Part shown: positions 1 through 14,024 of the stretch, one piece after another
How the letters are laid out: the number at the start of each line of letters is the position of its first letter
Numbering within the stretch: position 1 is the first letter of the stretch
Source: Eledone cirrhosa
Taxonomy: Eukaryota
NCBI GenBank assembly: GCA_964016885.1
Contig: OZ024743.1
Span: forward strand, 77,872,001 to 77,936,000
Reading direction: 5' to 3'
DNA length: 64,000 nt
Translations under genes and position numbers: made by a program
The notes under the pieces: generated by a model
The model's database searches: none
What the model was told of the DNA's origin: nothing
Seen by the model: only the letters and a program-made list of their open reading frames with translations

Positions 1-3000
1 CAGTCCACACTGTAAAATAGTCATCTAGGTGTCACAACAAAAAGCACCCAGTCCACACTGTAAAATAGTCATCTAGGTTCCACAACAAAAAGCACCCAGT
101 ACACACTGTAAAATAGTCTTATAGGTGTCACAACAAAAAGCACCCAGTACACACTGTAAAATAGTCTTATAGGTGTCACAACAAAAAGCACCCAGTACAC
201 ACTGTAAAATAGTCATCTAGGTGCCACAACAAAAGGCACCCAGTCCACACTGTAAAATAGTCTTATAGATGTCACAACAAAAAGCACCCAGTACACACTG
301 TAAAATAGTCATCTAGGTGCCACAACAAAAAGCACCCAGTACACACTGTAAAATAGTCATCTAGGTGCCACAACAAAAAGCACCCAGTACACACTGTAAA
401 ATAGTCATCTACGTGCCACAACAAAAAGCACCCAGTACACACTGTAAAATAGTCATCTAGGTGCCACAACAAAAAGCACCCAGTACACACTGTAAAATAG
501 TCATCTAGGTGCCACAACAAAAAGCACCCAGTACACACTGTAAAATAGTCATCTAGGTGTCACAACAAAAAGCACCCAGTCCACACTGTAAAATAGTCAT
601 CTAGGTGCCACAACAAAAAGCACCCAGTACACACTGTAAAATAGTCTTATAGGTGTCACAACAAAAAGCACCCAGTACACACTGTAAAATAGTCATCTAG
701 GTGCCACAACAAAAAGCACCCAGTACACACTGTAAAATAGTCATCTAGGTGCTACAACAAAAAGCACCCAGTCCACACTGTAAAATAGTCATCTAGGTGC
801 CACAACAAAAAGCACCCAGTACACACTGTAAAATAGTCATCTAGGTGCCACAACAAAAAGCACCCAGTACACACTGTAAAATAGTCATCTAGGTGCCACA
901 ACAAAAAGCACCCAGTACACACTGTAAAATAGTCATCTAGGTGTCACAACAAAAAGCACCCAGTACACACTGTAAAATAGTCATCTAGGTGTCACAACAA
1001 AAAGGACCCAGTACACACTGTAAAATAGTCATCTAGGTGCCACAACAAAAAGCACCCAGTACACACTGTAAAATAGTCATCTAGGTGCCACAACAAAAAG
1101 CACCCAGTACACACTGTAAAATAGTCTTATAGGTGTCACAACAAAAAGCACCCAGTACACACTGTAAAATAGTCATCTAGGTGTCACAACAAAAAGCACC
1201 CAGTACACACTGTAAAATAGTCATCTAGGTGCCACAACAGAAAGCACCCAGTACACACTGTAAAATAGTCATCTAGGTGCCACAACAAAAAGCACCCAGT
1301 ACACACTGTAAAATAGTCATCTAGGTCCCACAACAAAAAGCACCCAGTACACACTGTAAAATAGTCATCTAAGTGCCACAACAGAAAGCACCCAGTACAC
1401 ACTGTAAAATAGTCATCTAGGTCCCACAACAAAAAGCACCCAGTACACACTGTAAAATAGTCATCTAGGTGCCACAACAAAAAGCACCCAGTCCACACTG
1501 TAAAATAGTCTTATAGATGTCACAACAAAAAGCACCCAGTACACACTGTAAAATAGTCATGTAGGTGTCACAACAAAAAGCACCCAGTACACACTGTAAA
1601 ATAGTCATCTAGGTGCCACAACAAAAAGCACCCAGTCCACACTGTAAAATAGTCTTATAGATGTCACAACAAAAAGCACCCAGTACACACTGTAAAATAG
1701 TCATGTAGGTGTCACAACAAAAAGCACCCAGTACACACTGTAAAATAGTCATCTAGGTGCCACAACAAAAAGCACCCAGTACACACTGTAAAATAGTCAT
1801 CTAGGTGCCACAACAAAAAGCACCCAGTACACACTGTAAAATAGTCTTATAGGTGTCACAACAAAAAGCACCCAGTCCACACTGTAAAATAGTCATCTAG
1901 GTGTCACAACAAAAAGCACCCAGTACACACTGTAAAATAGTCATCTAGGTGCCACAACAAAAAGCACCCAGTACACACTGTAAAATAGTCATCTAGGTGC
2001 CACAACAAAAAGCACCCAGTCCACACTGTAAAATAGTCATCTAGGTGTCACAACAAAAAGCACCCAGTCCACACTGTAAAATAGTCTTATAGGTGTCACA
2101 ACAAAAAGCACCCAGTCCACACTGTAAAATAGTCTTATAGGTGCCACAACAAAAAGCACCCAGTACACACTGTAAAATAGTCATCTAGGTGTCACAACAA
2201 AAAGCACCCAGTCCACACTGTAAAATAGTCTTATAGGTGCCACAACAAAAAGCACCCAGTACACACTGTAAAATAGTCTTATAGGTGTCACAACAAAAAG
2301 CACCCAGTCCACACTGTAAAATAGTCTTATAGGTGTCACAACAAAAAGCACCCAGTCCACACTGTAAAATAGTCTTATAGGTGCCACAACAAAAAGCACC
2401 CAGTACACACTGTAAAATAGTCATCTAGGTGTCACAACAAAAAGCACCCAGTACACACTGTAAAATAGTCTTATAGGTGTCACAACAAAAAGCACCCAGT
2501 ACACACTGTAAAATAGTCATCTAGGTGCCACAACAAAAAGCACCTAGTACACACTGTAAAATAGTCATCTAGGTGCCACAACAAAAAGCACCCAGTTCAC
2601 ACTGTAAAATAGTCATCTAGGTGCCACAACAAAAAGCACCCAGTACACACTGTAAAATAATCATCTAGGTGTCACAACAAAAAGCACCCAGTCCACACCG
2701 TAAAATAGTCATCTAGGTGTCACAACAAAAAGCACCCAGTACACACTGTAAAATAGTCATCTAGGTGCCACAACAAAAAGCACCCAGTACACACTGTAAA
2801 ATAGTCATCTAGGTGCCACAACAAAAAGCACCCAGTACACACTGTAAAATAGTCATCTACGTGCCACAACAAAAAGCACCCAGTACACACTGTAAAATAG
2901 TCATCTAGGTGCCACAACAAAAAGCACCCAGTACACACTGTAAAATAGTCATCTAGGTGCCACAACAAAAAGCACCCAGTACACACTGTAAAATAGTCAT

Positions 3001-6000
3001 CTAGGTGTCACAACAAAAAGCACCCAGTCCACACTGTAAAATAGTCATCTAGGTGCCACAACAAAAAGCACCCAGTACACACTGTAAAATAGTCTTATAG
3101 GTGTCACAACAAAAAGCACCCAGTACACACTGTAAAATAGTCATCTAGGTGCCACAACAAAAAGCACCCAGTACACACTGTAAAATAGTCATCTAGGTGC
3201 TACAACAAAAAGCACCCAGTCCACACTGTAAAATAGTCATCTAGGTGCCACAACAAAAAGCACCCAGTACACACTGTAAAATAGTCATCTAGGTGCCACA
3301 ACAAAAAGCACCCAGTACACACTGTAAAATAGTCATCTAGGTGCCACAACAAAAAGCACCCAGTACACACTGTAAAATAGTCATCTAGGTGTCACAACAA
3401 AAAGCACCCAGTACACACTGTAAAATAGTCATCTAGGTGTCACAACAAAAAGGACCCAGTACACACTGTAAAATAGTCATCTAGGTGCCACAACAAAAAG
3501 CACCCAGTACACACTGTAAAATAGTCATCTAGGTGCCACAACAAAAAGCACCCAGTACACACTGTAAAATAGTCTTATAGGTGTCACAACAAAAAGCACC
3601 CAGTACACACTGTAAAATAGTCATCTAGGTGTCACAACAAAAAGCACCCAGTACACACTGTAAAATAGTCATCTAGGTGCCACAACAGAAAGCACCCAGT
3701 ACACACTGTAAAATAGTCATCTAGGTGCCACAACAAAAAGCACCCAGTACACACTGTAAAATAGTCATCTAGGTCCCACAACAAAAAGCACCCAGTACAC
3801 ACTGTAAAATAGTCATCTAAGTGCCACAACAGAAAGCACCCAGTACACACTGTAAAATAGTCATCTAGGTCCCACAACAAAAAGCACCCAGTACACACTG
3901 TAAAATAGTCATCTAGGTGCCACAACAAAAAGCACCCAGTCCACACTGTAAAATAGTCTTATAGATGTCACAACAAAAAGCACCCAGTACACACTGTAAA
4001 ATAGTCATGTAGGTGTCACAACAAAAAGCACCCAGTACACACTGTAAAATAGTCATCTAGGTGCCACAACAAAAAGCACCCAGTCCACACTGTAAAATAG
4101 TCTTATAGATGTCACAACAAAAAGCACCCAGTACACACTGTAAAATAGTCATGTAGGTGTCACAACAAAAAGCACCCAGTACACACTGTAAAATAGTCAT
4201 CTAGGTGCCACAACAAAAAGCACCCAGTACACACTGTAAAATAGTCATCTAGGTGCCACAACAAAAAGCACCCAGTACACACTGTAAAATAGTCTTATAG
4301 GTGTCACAACAAAAAGCACCCAGTCCACACTGTAAAATAGTCATCTAGGTGTCACAACAAAAAGCACCCAGTACACACTGTAAAATAGTCATCTAGGTGC
4401 CACAACAAAAAGCACCCAGTACACACTGTAAAATAGTCATCTAGGTGCCACAACAAAAAGCACCCAGTCCACACTGTAAAATAGTCATCTAGGTGTCACA
4501 ACAAAAAGCACCCAGTCCACACTGTAAAATAGTCTTATAGGTGTCACAACAAAAAGCACCCAGTCCACACTGTAAAATAGTCTTATAGGTGCCACAACAA
4601 AAAGCACCCAGTACACACTGTAAAATAGTCATCTAGGTGTCACAACAAAAAGCACCCAGTCCACACTGTAAAATAGTCTTATAGGTGCCACAACAAAAAG
4701 CACCCAGTACACACTGTAAAATAGTCTTATAGGTGTCACAACAAAAAGCACCCAGTCCACACTGTAAAATAGTCTTATAGGTGTCACAACAAAAAGCACC
4801 CAGTCCACACTGTAAAATAGTCTTATAGGTGCCACAACAAAAAGCACCCAGTACACACTGTAAAATAGTCATCTAGGTGTCACAACAAAAAGCACCCAGT
4901 ACACACTGTAAAATAGTCTTATAGGTGTCACAACAAAAAGCACCCAGTACACACTGTAAAATAGTCATCTAGGTGCCACAACAAAAAGCACCTAGTACAC
5001 ACTGTAAAATAGTCATCTAGGTGCCACAACAAAAAGCACCCAGTTCACACTGTAAAATAGTCATCTAGGTGCCACAACAAAAAGCACCCAGTACACACTG
5101 TAAAATAATCATCTAGGTGTCACAACAAAAAGCACCCAGTCCACACCGTAAAATAGTCATCTAGGTGTCACAACAAAAAGCACCCAGTACACACTGTAAA
5201 ATAGTCATCTAGGTGCCACAACAAAAAGCACCCAGTACAAACTGTAAAATAATCTTATAGGTGTCACAACAAAAAGCACCCAGTACACACTGTAAAATAG
5301 TCATCTAGGTGTCACAACAAAAGCACCCAGTACACACTGTAAAGTAGTCATCTAGGTGCCACAACAAAAAGCACCCAGTACACACTGTAAAATAGTCATC
5401 TAGGTGTCACAACAAAAAGCACCCAGTCCACACTGTAAAATAGTCATCTAGGTGCCACAACAAAAAGCACCCAGTCCACACTGTAAAATAGTCATCTAGG
5501 TGTCACAACAAAAAGCACCCAGTCCACACTGTAAAATAGTCATCTAGGTTCCACAACAAAAAGCACCCAGTACACACTGTAAAATAGTCTTATAGGTGTC
5601 ACAACAAAAAGCACCCAGTACACACTGTAAAATAGTCTTATAGGTGTCACAACAAAAAGCACCCAGTACACACTGTAAAATAGTCATCTAGGTGCCACAA
5701 CAAAAAGCACCCAGTACACACTGTAAAATAGTCTTATAGATGTCACAACAAAAAGCACCCAGTACACACTGTAAAATAGTCATCTAGGTGCCACAACAAA
5801 AAGCACCCAGTACACACTGTAAAATAGTCATCTAGGTGCCACAACAAAAAGCACCCAGTACACACTGTAAAATAGTCATCTACGTGCCACAACAAAAAGC
5901 ACCCAGTACACACTGTAAAATAGTCATCTAGGTGCCACAACAAAAACACCCAGTACACACTGTAAAATAGTCATCTAGGTGCCACAACAAAAAGCACCCA

Positions 6001-9000
6001 GTACACACTGTAAAATAGTCATCTAGGTGTCACAACAAAAAGCACCCAGTCCACACTGTAAAATAGTCATCTAGGTGCCACAACAAAAAGCACCCAGTAC
6101 ACACTGTAAAATAGTCTTATAGGTGTCACAACAAAAAGCACCCAGTACACACTGTAAAATAGTCATCTAGGTGCCACAACAAAAAGCACCCAGTACACAC
6201 TGTAAAATAGTCATCTAGGTGCTACAACAAAAAGCACCCAGTCCACACTGTAAAATAGTCATCTAGGTACCACAACAAAAAGCACCCAGTACACACTGTA
6301 AAATAGTCATCTAGGTGCCACAACAAAAAGCACCCAGTACACACTGTAAAATAGTCATCTAGGTGCCACAACAAAAAGCACCCAGTACACACTGTAAAAT
6401 AGTCATCTAGGTGTCACAACAAAAAGCACCCAGTACACACTGTAAAATAGTCATCTAGGTGTCACAACAAAAAGGACCCAGTACACACTGTAAAATAGTC
6501 ATCTAGGTGCCACAACAAAAAGCACCCAGTACACACTGTAAAATAGTCATCTAGGTGCCACAACAAAAAGCACCCAGTACACACTGTAAAATAGTCTTAT
6601 AGGTGTCACAACAAAAAGCACCCAGTACACACTGTAAAATAGTCATCTAGGTGTCACAACAAAAAGCACCCAGTACACACTGTAAAATAGTCATCTAGGT
6701 GCCACAACAGAAAGCACCCAGTACACACTGTAAAATAGTCATCTAGGTGCCACAACAAAAAGCACCCAGTACACACTGTAAAATAGTCATCTAGGTCCCA
6801 CAACAAAAAGCACCCAGTACACACTGTAAAATAGTCATCTAAGTGCCACAACAGAAAGCACCCAGTACACACTGTAAAATAGTCATCTAGGTCCCACAAC
6901 AAAAAGCACCCAGTACACACTGTAAAATAGTCATCTAGGTGCCACAACAAAAAGCACCCAGTCCACACTGTAAAATAGTCTTATAGATGTCACAACAAAA
7001 AGCACCCAGTACACACTGTAAAATAGTCATGTAGGTGTCACAACAAAAAGCACCCAGTACACACTGTAAAATAGTCATCTAGGTGCCACAACAAAAAGCA
7101 CCCAGTCCACACTGTAAAATAGTCTTATAGATGTCACAACAAAAAGCACCCAGTACACACTGTAAAATAGTCATGTAGGTGTCACAACAAAAAGCACCCA
7201 GTACACACTGTAAAATAGTCATCTAGGTGCCACAACAAAAAGCACCCAGTACACACTGTAAAATAGTCATCTAGGTGCCACAACAAAAAGCACCCAGTAC
7301 ACACTGTAAAATAGTCTTATAGGTGTCACAACAAAAAGCACCCAGTCCACACTGTAAAATAGTCATCTAGGTGTCACAACAAAAAGCACCCAGTACACAC
7401 TGTAAAATAGTCATCTAGGTGCCACAACAAAAAGCACCCAGTACACACTGTAAAATAGTCATCTAGGTGCCACAACAAAAAGCACCCAGTCCACACTGTA
7501 AAGTGATCATGTAGGTGTCATGACAAAAAACACCCAGTACACACTGTAAAGTGGTCGTGTAGGTGTCATGACAAAAAACACCCAGTACACACTGTAAAAT
7601 AGTCATCTAGGTGCCACAACAAAAAGCACCCAGTACACACTGTAAAATAGTCATCTAGGTGCCACAACAAAAAGCACCCAGTACACACTGTAAAATAGTC
7701 ATCTAGGTCCCACAACAAAAAGCACCCAGTCCACACTGTAAAATAGTCTTATAGATGTCACAACAAAAAGCACCCAGTACACACTGTAAAATAGTCATCT
7801 AGGTGTCACAACAAAAAGCACCCAGTACACACTGTAAAATAGTCATCTATGTGTCACAACAAAAAGCACCCAGTCCACACTGTAAAATAGTCTTATAGGT
7901 GTCACAACAAAAAGCACCCAGTACACACTGTAAAATAGTCATCTAGGTGTCACAACAAAAAGCACCCAGTACACACTGTAAAATAGTCATCTAGGTGCCA
8001 CAACAGAAAGCACCCAGTACACACTGTAAAATAGTCATCTAGGTGCCACAACAAAAAGCACCCAGTACACACTGTAAAATAGTCATCTAGGTCCCACAAC
8101 AAAAAGCACCCAGTACACACTGTAAAATAGTCATGTAAGTGCCACAACAGAAAGCACCCAGTACACACTGTAAAATAGTCATCTAGGTCCCACAACAAAA
8201 AGCACCCAGTACACACTGTAAAATAGTCATCTAGGTGCCACAACAAAAAGCACCCAGTCCACACTGTAAAATAGTCTTATAGATGTCACAACAAAAAGCA
8301 CCCAGTACACACTGTAAAATAGTCATCTAGGTGCCACAACAAAAAGCACCCAGTACACACTGTAAAATAGTCATCTAGGTGCCACAACAAAAAGCACCCA
8401 GTACACACTGTAAAATAGTCATCTAGGTGTCACAACAAAAAGCACCCAGTACACACTGTAAAATAGTCATCTAGGTGTCACAACAAAAAGGACCCAGTAC
8501 ACACTGTAAAATAGTCATCTAGGTGCCACAACAAAAAGCACCCAGTACACACTGTAAAATAGTCATCTAGGTGCCACAACAAAAAGCACCCAGTACACAC
8601 TGTAAAATAGTCTTATAGGTGTCACAACAAAAAGCACCCAGTCCACACTGTAAAATAGTCATCTAGGTGTCACAACAAAAAGCACCCAGTACACACTGTA
8701 AAATAGTCATCTAGGTGCCACAACAAAAAGCACCCAGTACACACTGTAAAATAGTCATCTAGGTCCCACAACAAAAAGCACCCAGTCCACACTGTAAAAT
8801 AGTCTTATAGATGTCACAACAAAAAGCACCCAGTACACACTGTAAAATAGTCATCTAGGTGTCACAACAAAAAGCACCCAGTACACACTGTAAAATAGTC
8901 ATCTATGTGTCACAACAAAAAGCACCCAGTACACACTGTAAAATAGTCATCTAGGTGCCACAACAAAAAGCACCCAGTACACACTGTAAAATAGTCATCT

Positions 9001-12000
9001 AGGTGCCACAACAAAAAGCACCCAGTACACACTGTAAAATAGTCTTATAGGTGTCACAACAAAAAGCACCCAGTACACACTGTAAAATAGTCATCTAGGT
9101 GCCACAACAAAAAGCACCCAGTCCACACTGTAAAATAGTCATCTAGGTGTCACAACAAAAAGCACCCAGTCCACACTGTAAAATAGTCATCTAGGTGCCA
9201 CAACAAAAAGCACCCAGTACACACTGTAAAATAGTCTTACAGGTGTCACAACAAAAAGCACCCAGTACACACTGTAAAATAGTCATCTAGGTGCCACAAC
9301 AAAAAGCACCCAGTACACACTGTAAAATAGTCATCTAGGTGCTACAACAAAAAGCACCCAGTCCACACTGTGAAATAGTCATCTATGTGCCACAACAAAA
9401 AGCACCCAGTACACACTGTAAAATAGTCATCTAGGTGCCACAACAAAAAGCACCCAGTACACACTGTAAAATAGTCATATAAGTGCCACAACAGAAAGCA
9501 CCCAGTACACACTGTAAAAGTCATCTAGGTGCCACAACTAAAAGCACCCAGTACACACTGTAAAATAGTCATCTTGGTACCACAACAAAAAGCACCCAGT
9601 ACACACTGTAAAATAGTCATCTAGGTGCCACAACAAAAAGCACCCAGTACACATTGTAAAATAGTCTTATAGGTGTCACAACAAAAAGCACCCAGTACAC
9701 ACTGTAAAATAGTCATCTAGGTGCCACAACAGAAAGCACCCAGTACACACTTTAAAATAGTCATCTAGGTGCCACAACAAAAAGCACCCAGTACACACTG
9801 TAAAATAGTCATCTAGGTCCCACAACAAAAAGCACCCAGTACACACTGTAAAATAGTCATCTAAGTGCCACAACAGAAAGCACCCAGTACACACTGTAAA
9901 ATAGTCATCTAGGTCCCACAACAAAATGCACCCAGTACACACTGTAAAATAGTCATCTAGGTGCCACAACAAAAAGCACCCAGTCCACACTGTAAAATAG
10001 TCTTATAGATGTCACAACAAAAAGCACCCAGTACACACTGTAAAATAGTCATGTAGGTGTCACAACAAAAAGCACCCAGTACACACTGTAAAATAGTCAT
10101 CTAGGTGCCACAACAAAAAGCACCCAGTCCACACTGTAAAATAGTCTTATAGATGTCACAACAAAAAGCACCCAGTACACACTGTAAAATAGTCATGTAG
10201 GTGTCACAACAAAAAGCACCCAGTACACACTGTAAAATAGTCATCTAGGTGCCACAACAAAAAGCACCCAGTACACACTGTAAAATAGTCATCTAGGTGC
10301 CACAACAAAAAGCACCCAGTACACACTGTAAAATAGTCTTATAGGTGTCACAACAAAAAGCACCCAGTCCACACTGTAAAATAGTCATCTAGGTGTCACA
10401 ACAAAAAGCACCCAGTACACACTGTAAAATAGTCATCTAGGTGCCACAACAAAAAGCACCCAGTACACACTGTAAAATAGTCATCTAGGTCCCACAACAA
10501 AAAGCACCCAGTCCACACTGTAAAATAGTCTTATAGATGTCACAACAAAAAGCACCCAGTACACACTGTAAAATAGTTTTATAGGTGTCACAACAAAAAG
10601 CACCCAGTACACACTGTAAAATAGTCATCTAGGTGTCACAACAAAAAGCACCCAGTACACACTGTAAAATAGTCATGTAGGTGCCACAACAAAAAGCACC
10701 CAGTACACACTGTAAAATAGTCATCTAGGTGCCACAACAAAAAGCACCCAGTACACATTGTAAAATAGTCTTATAGGTGTCACAACAAAAAGCACCCAGT
10801 CCACACTGTAAAATAGTCATCTAGGTGTCGCAACAAAAAGCACCCAGTACACACTGTAAAATAGTCATCTAGGTGCCACAACAAAAAGCACCCAGTACAC
10901 ACTGTAAAATAGTCATCTAGGTGCCACAACAAAAAGCACCCAGTCCACACTGTAAAATAGTCATCTAGGTGCCACAACAAAAAGCACCCAGTCCACACTG
11001 TAAAATAGTCATCTAGGTGCCACAACAAAAAGCACCCAGTACACACTGTAAAATAGTCATCTAGGTGCCACAACAAAAAGCACCCAGTACACACTGTAAA
11101 ATAGTCATCTAGGTGCCACAACAAAAAGCACCCAGTCCACACTGTAAAGTGGTCATGTAGGTGTCATGACAAAAAACACCCAGTACACACTGTAAAGTGG
11201 TCGTGTAGGTGTCATGACAAAAAGCACCCAGTACACACTGTAAAATAGTCATCTAGGTGCCACAACAAAAAGCACCCAGTACACACTGTAAAATAGTCAT
11301 CTAGGTGCCACAACAAAAAGCACCCAGTACACACTGTAAAATAGTCATCTAGGTCCCACAACAAAAAGCACCCAGTCCACACTGTAAAATAGTCTTATAG
11401 ATGTCACAACAAAAAGCACCCAGTACACACTGTAAAATAGTCATCTAGGTGTCACAACAAAAAGCACCCAGTACACACTGTAAAATAGTCATCTAGGTGC
11501 CACAACAAAAAGCACCCAGTACACACTGTAAAATAGTCATCTAGGTGCCACAACAAAAAGCACCCAGTACACACTGTAAAATAGTCTTATAGGTGTCACA
11601 ACAAAAAGCACCCAGTACACACTGTAAAATAGTCATTTAGGTGTCACAACAAAAAGCACCCAGTACACACTGTAAAATAGTCATCTAGGTGCCACAACAA
11701 AAAGCACCCAGTACACACTGTAAAATAGTCATCTAGGTGCCACAACAAAAAGCACCCAGTCCACACTGTAAAGTGGTCATCTAGGTGCCACAACAAAAAG
11801 CACCCAGTACACACTGTAAAATAGTCATCTAGGTGCCACAACAAAAAGCACCCAGTACACACTGTAAAATAGTCTTATAGGTGTCACAACAAAAAGCACC
11901 CAGTACACACTGTAAAATAGTCATCTAGGTGTCACAACAAAAAGCACCCAGTACACACTGTAAAATAGTCATCTAGGTGACACAACAAAAAGCACCCAGT

Positions 12001-13020
12001 ACACACTGTAAAATAGTCATCTAAGTGCCACAACAGAAAGCACCCAGTACACACTGTAAAATAGTCATCTATGTGTCACAACAAAAAGCACCCAGTACAC
12101 ACTGTAAAATAGTCATCTAGGTGCCACAACAAAAAGCACCCAGTACACACTGTAAAATAGTCATCTAGGTGCCACAACAAAAAGCACCCAGTACACACTG
12201 TAAAATAGTCTTATAGGTGTCACAACAAAAAGCACCCAGTACACACTGTAAAATAGTCATCTAGGTGTCACAACAAAAAGCACCCAGTACACACTGTAAA
12301 ATAGTCATCTAAGTGCCACAACAGAAAGCACCCAGTACACACTGTAAAATAGTCATGTAGGTGCCACAACAAAAAGCACCCAGTACACACTGTAAAATAG
12401 TCATCTAGGTGCCACAACAAAAAGCACCCAGTACACACTGTAAAATAGTCATGTAGGTGCCACAACTAAAAGCACCCAGTACACACTGTAAAATAGTCAT
12501 CTAGGTGCCACAACAAAAAGCACCCAGTACACACTGTAAAATAGTCATCTAGGTACCACAACAAAAAGCACCCAGTCCACACTGTAAAATAGTCTTATAG
12601 ATGTCACAACAAAAAGCACCCAGTACACACTGTAAAATAGTCATCTAGGTGTCACAACAAAAAGCACCCAGTACACACTGTAAAATAGTCATCTAGGTGC
12701 CACAACAAAAAGCACCCAGTCCACACTGTAAAATAGTCTTATAGATGTCACAACAAAAAGCACCCAGTACACACTGTAAAATAGTCATCTAGGTGTCACA
12801 ACAAAAAGCACCCAGTACACACTGTAAAATAGTCATCTAGGTGCCACAACAAAAAGCACCCAGTACACACTGTAAAATAGTCATCTAGGTGCCACAACAA
12901 AAAGCACCCAGTCCACACTGTAAAGTGGTCATGTAGGTGTCATGACAAAAAACACCCAGTACACACTGTAAAGTGGTCGTGTAGGTGTCATGACAAAAAA
13001 CACCCAGTACACACTGTAAA
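1..13020. repeat. 48-bp tandem satellite (~270 monomers), derived from an RTE LINE 3' UTR unit; continues beyond the window start
   Basis: Consensus CACAACAAAAAGCACCCAGTACACACTGTAAAATAGTCATCTAGGTGC repeats without interruption. The 16-aa periodic ORFs are a by-product. The same unit occurs at 45170-45270 in the RTE 3' UTR and at 27405-27750. Confidence 0.98.
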
Positions 13021-13160
13021 AGCAGTCGGTATTAGGAAGGGCATCCAGCCATAGAAACTGAACCCGAAACAGTTCTGTATGAGCATGACATGGGGACCTT
13101 ATCTGATTTGCTTCGAATTGGGACAACCCGTCTAACCCATGCTAGCGTGGAAAATAGACG
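12920..13160 (+). mobile_element. RTE LINE 3' UTR remnant terminating the satellite
   Basis: TTAGGAAGGGCATCCAGCCATAGAAA...AACCCGTCTAACCCATGCTAGCGTGGAAAATAGACG matches 45280-45412, the 3' UTR of the RTE at 42770-45434. Confidence 0.88.
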
Positions 13161-13440
13161 GAAGGCCATTTGGATTGGAGTTAAAGCATTTGAAATGAAA
13201 AGAAAAGAGCAGAATAATGAGACGAACAATATTAATGATGAATCTTATCCAGCGTTGGTTTGCAAACTTCATTACAGAAAATCAGTTCCAGTGCTATATT
13301 TGTCAGAAAATGCGCAAATCAGGTGGATTGAAGCAATTTCTGAATATAAACAATAAGCAGACCAAAAGTGGAAACAAGAACGAAATGATACATCATTTTA
13401 TTATTTGTTTCATAGGCTTTCAGGATTGAAAAACCATTTG
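13160..13440 (+). mobile_element. Decayed C-terminus of a LINE ORF with C2H2-like zinc fingers (RTE-BovB-like)
   Basis: Translates to KAIWIGVKAFEMKR...FQCYICQKMRKSGGLKQFLNIN...HRLSGLKNHL. Homologous to the minus-strand pieces at 45447-45638 and 57443-57633 (HCMVCGWVFHRLSGLKSYLRSH). Confidence 0.6.
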
Positions 13441-14024
13441 ATATATATATATAATAGGTTGACGGAACTAGCATGGATATCACTACAATTAGGGGAGATA
13501 ATTATATAATGGTTAGACTGATAAATATAACATAAGTTATTTCCCTTAGATAGAAATGGTTTCATTATTTCCCTTTGATTATTTTTAATGACTTGATAAC
13601 TGCGTGAAAGAGAACACCACCCGAAAAGTCGAAGGTCCGTAGCTTACTCAGGATTAGCGCTTCTGTAAACTACTCTTAGGAATTTTTCTACCCTCACCCC
13701 CCGTTTATCAAATTTTGCTAATCTATCTCAGGCGAAATATTATTTTAAGTGGTAACATTCCTGCGACAATTTTTTTTAGACATTAAAAAAACGTTATACA
13801 TGACAAAAAAGTACATTACAAGAAATCTCATGTTATAAAATAAATAGGATGGGTTGGTGTCTCAATATGTAAATTAAACGACGAATTCTGGTTTTTAAAA
13901 ATATCAATGGGGACAACCTAAAAAATTACCGAATTTCCGATCTCTCGCTTATTCAGATTTTTCAGGTTATCAAACTTTAACAGGAAACTATGAGGAGGAG
14001 GATTATCCAAGATTCAGGCACATA

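Noticed and set aside
1-13020. CRISPR array or repeat-protein gene (CTGCFLLWHLDDYFTV)n
   Set aside because: There are no unique spacers and no cas genes, and the context is eukaryotic. The frames are broken by frequent stops and simply reflect a 48-bp period.
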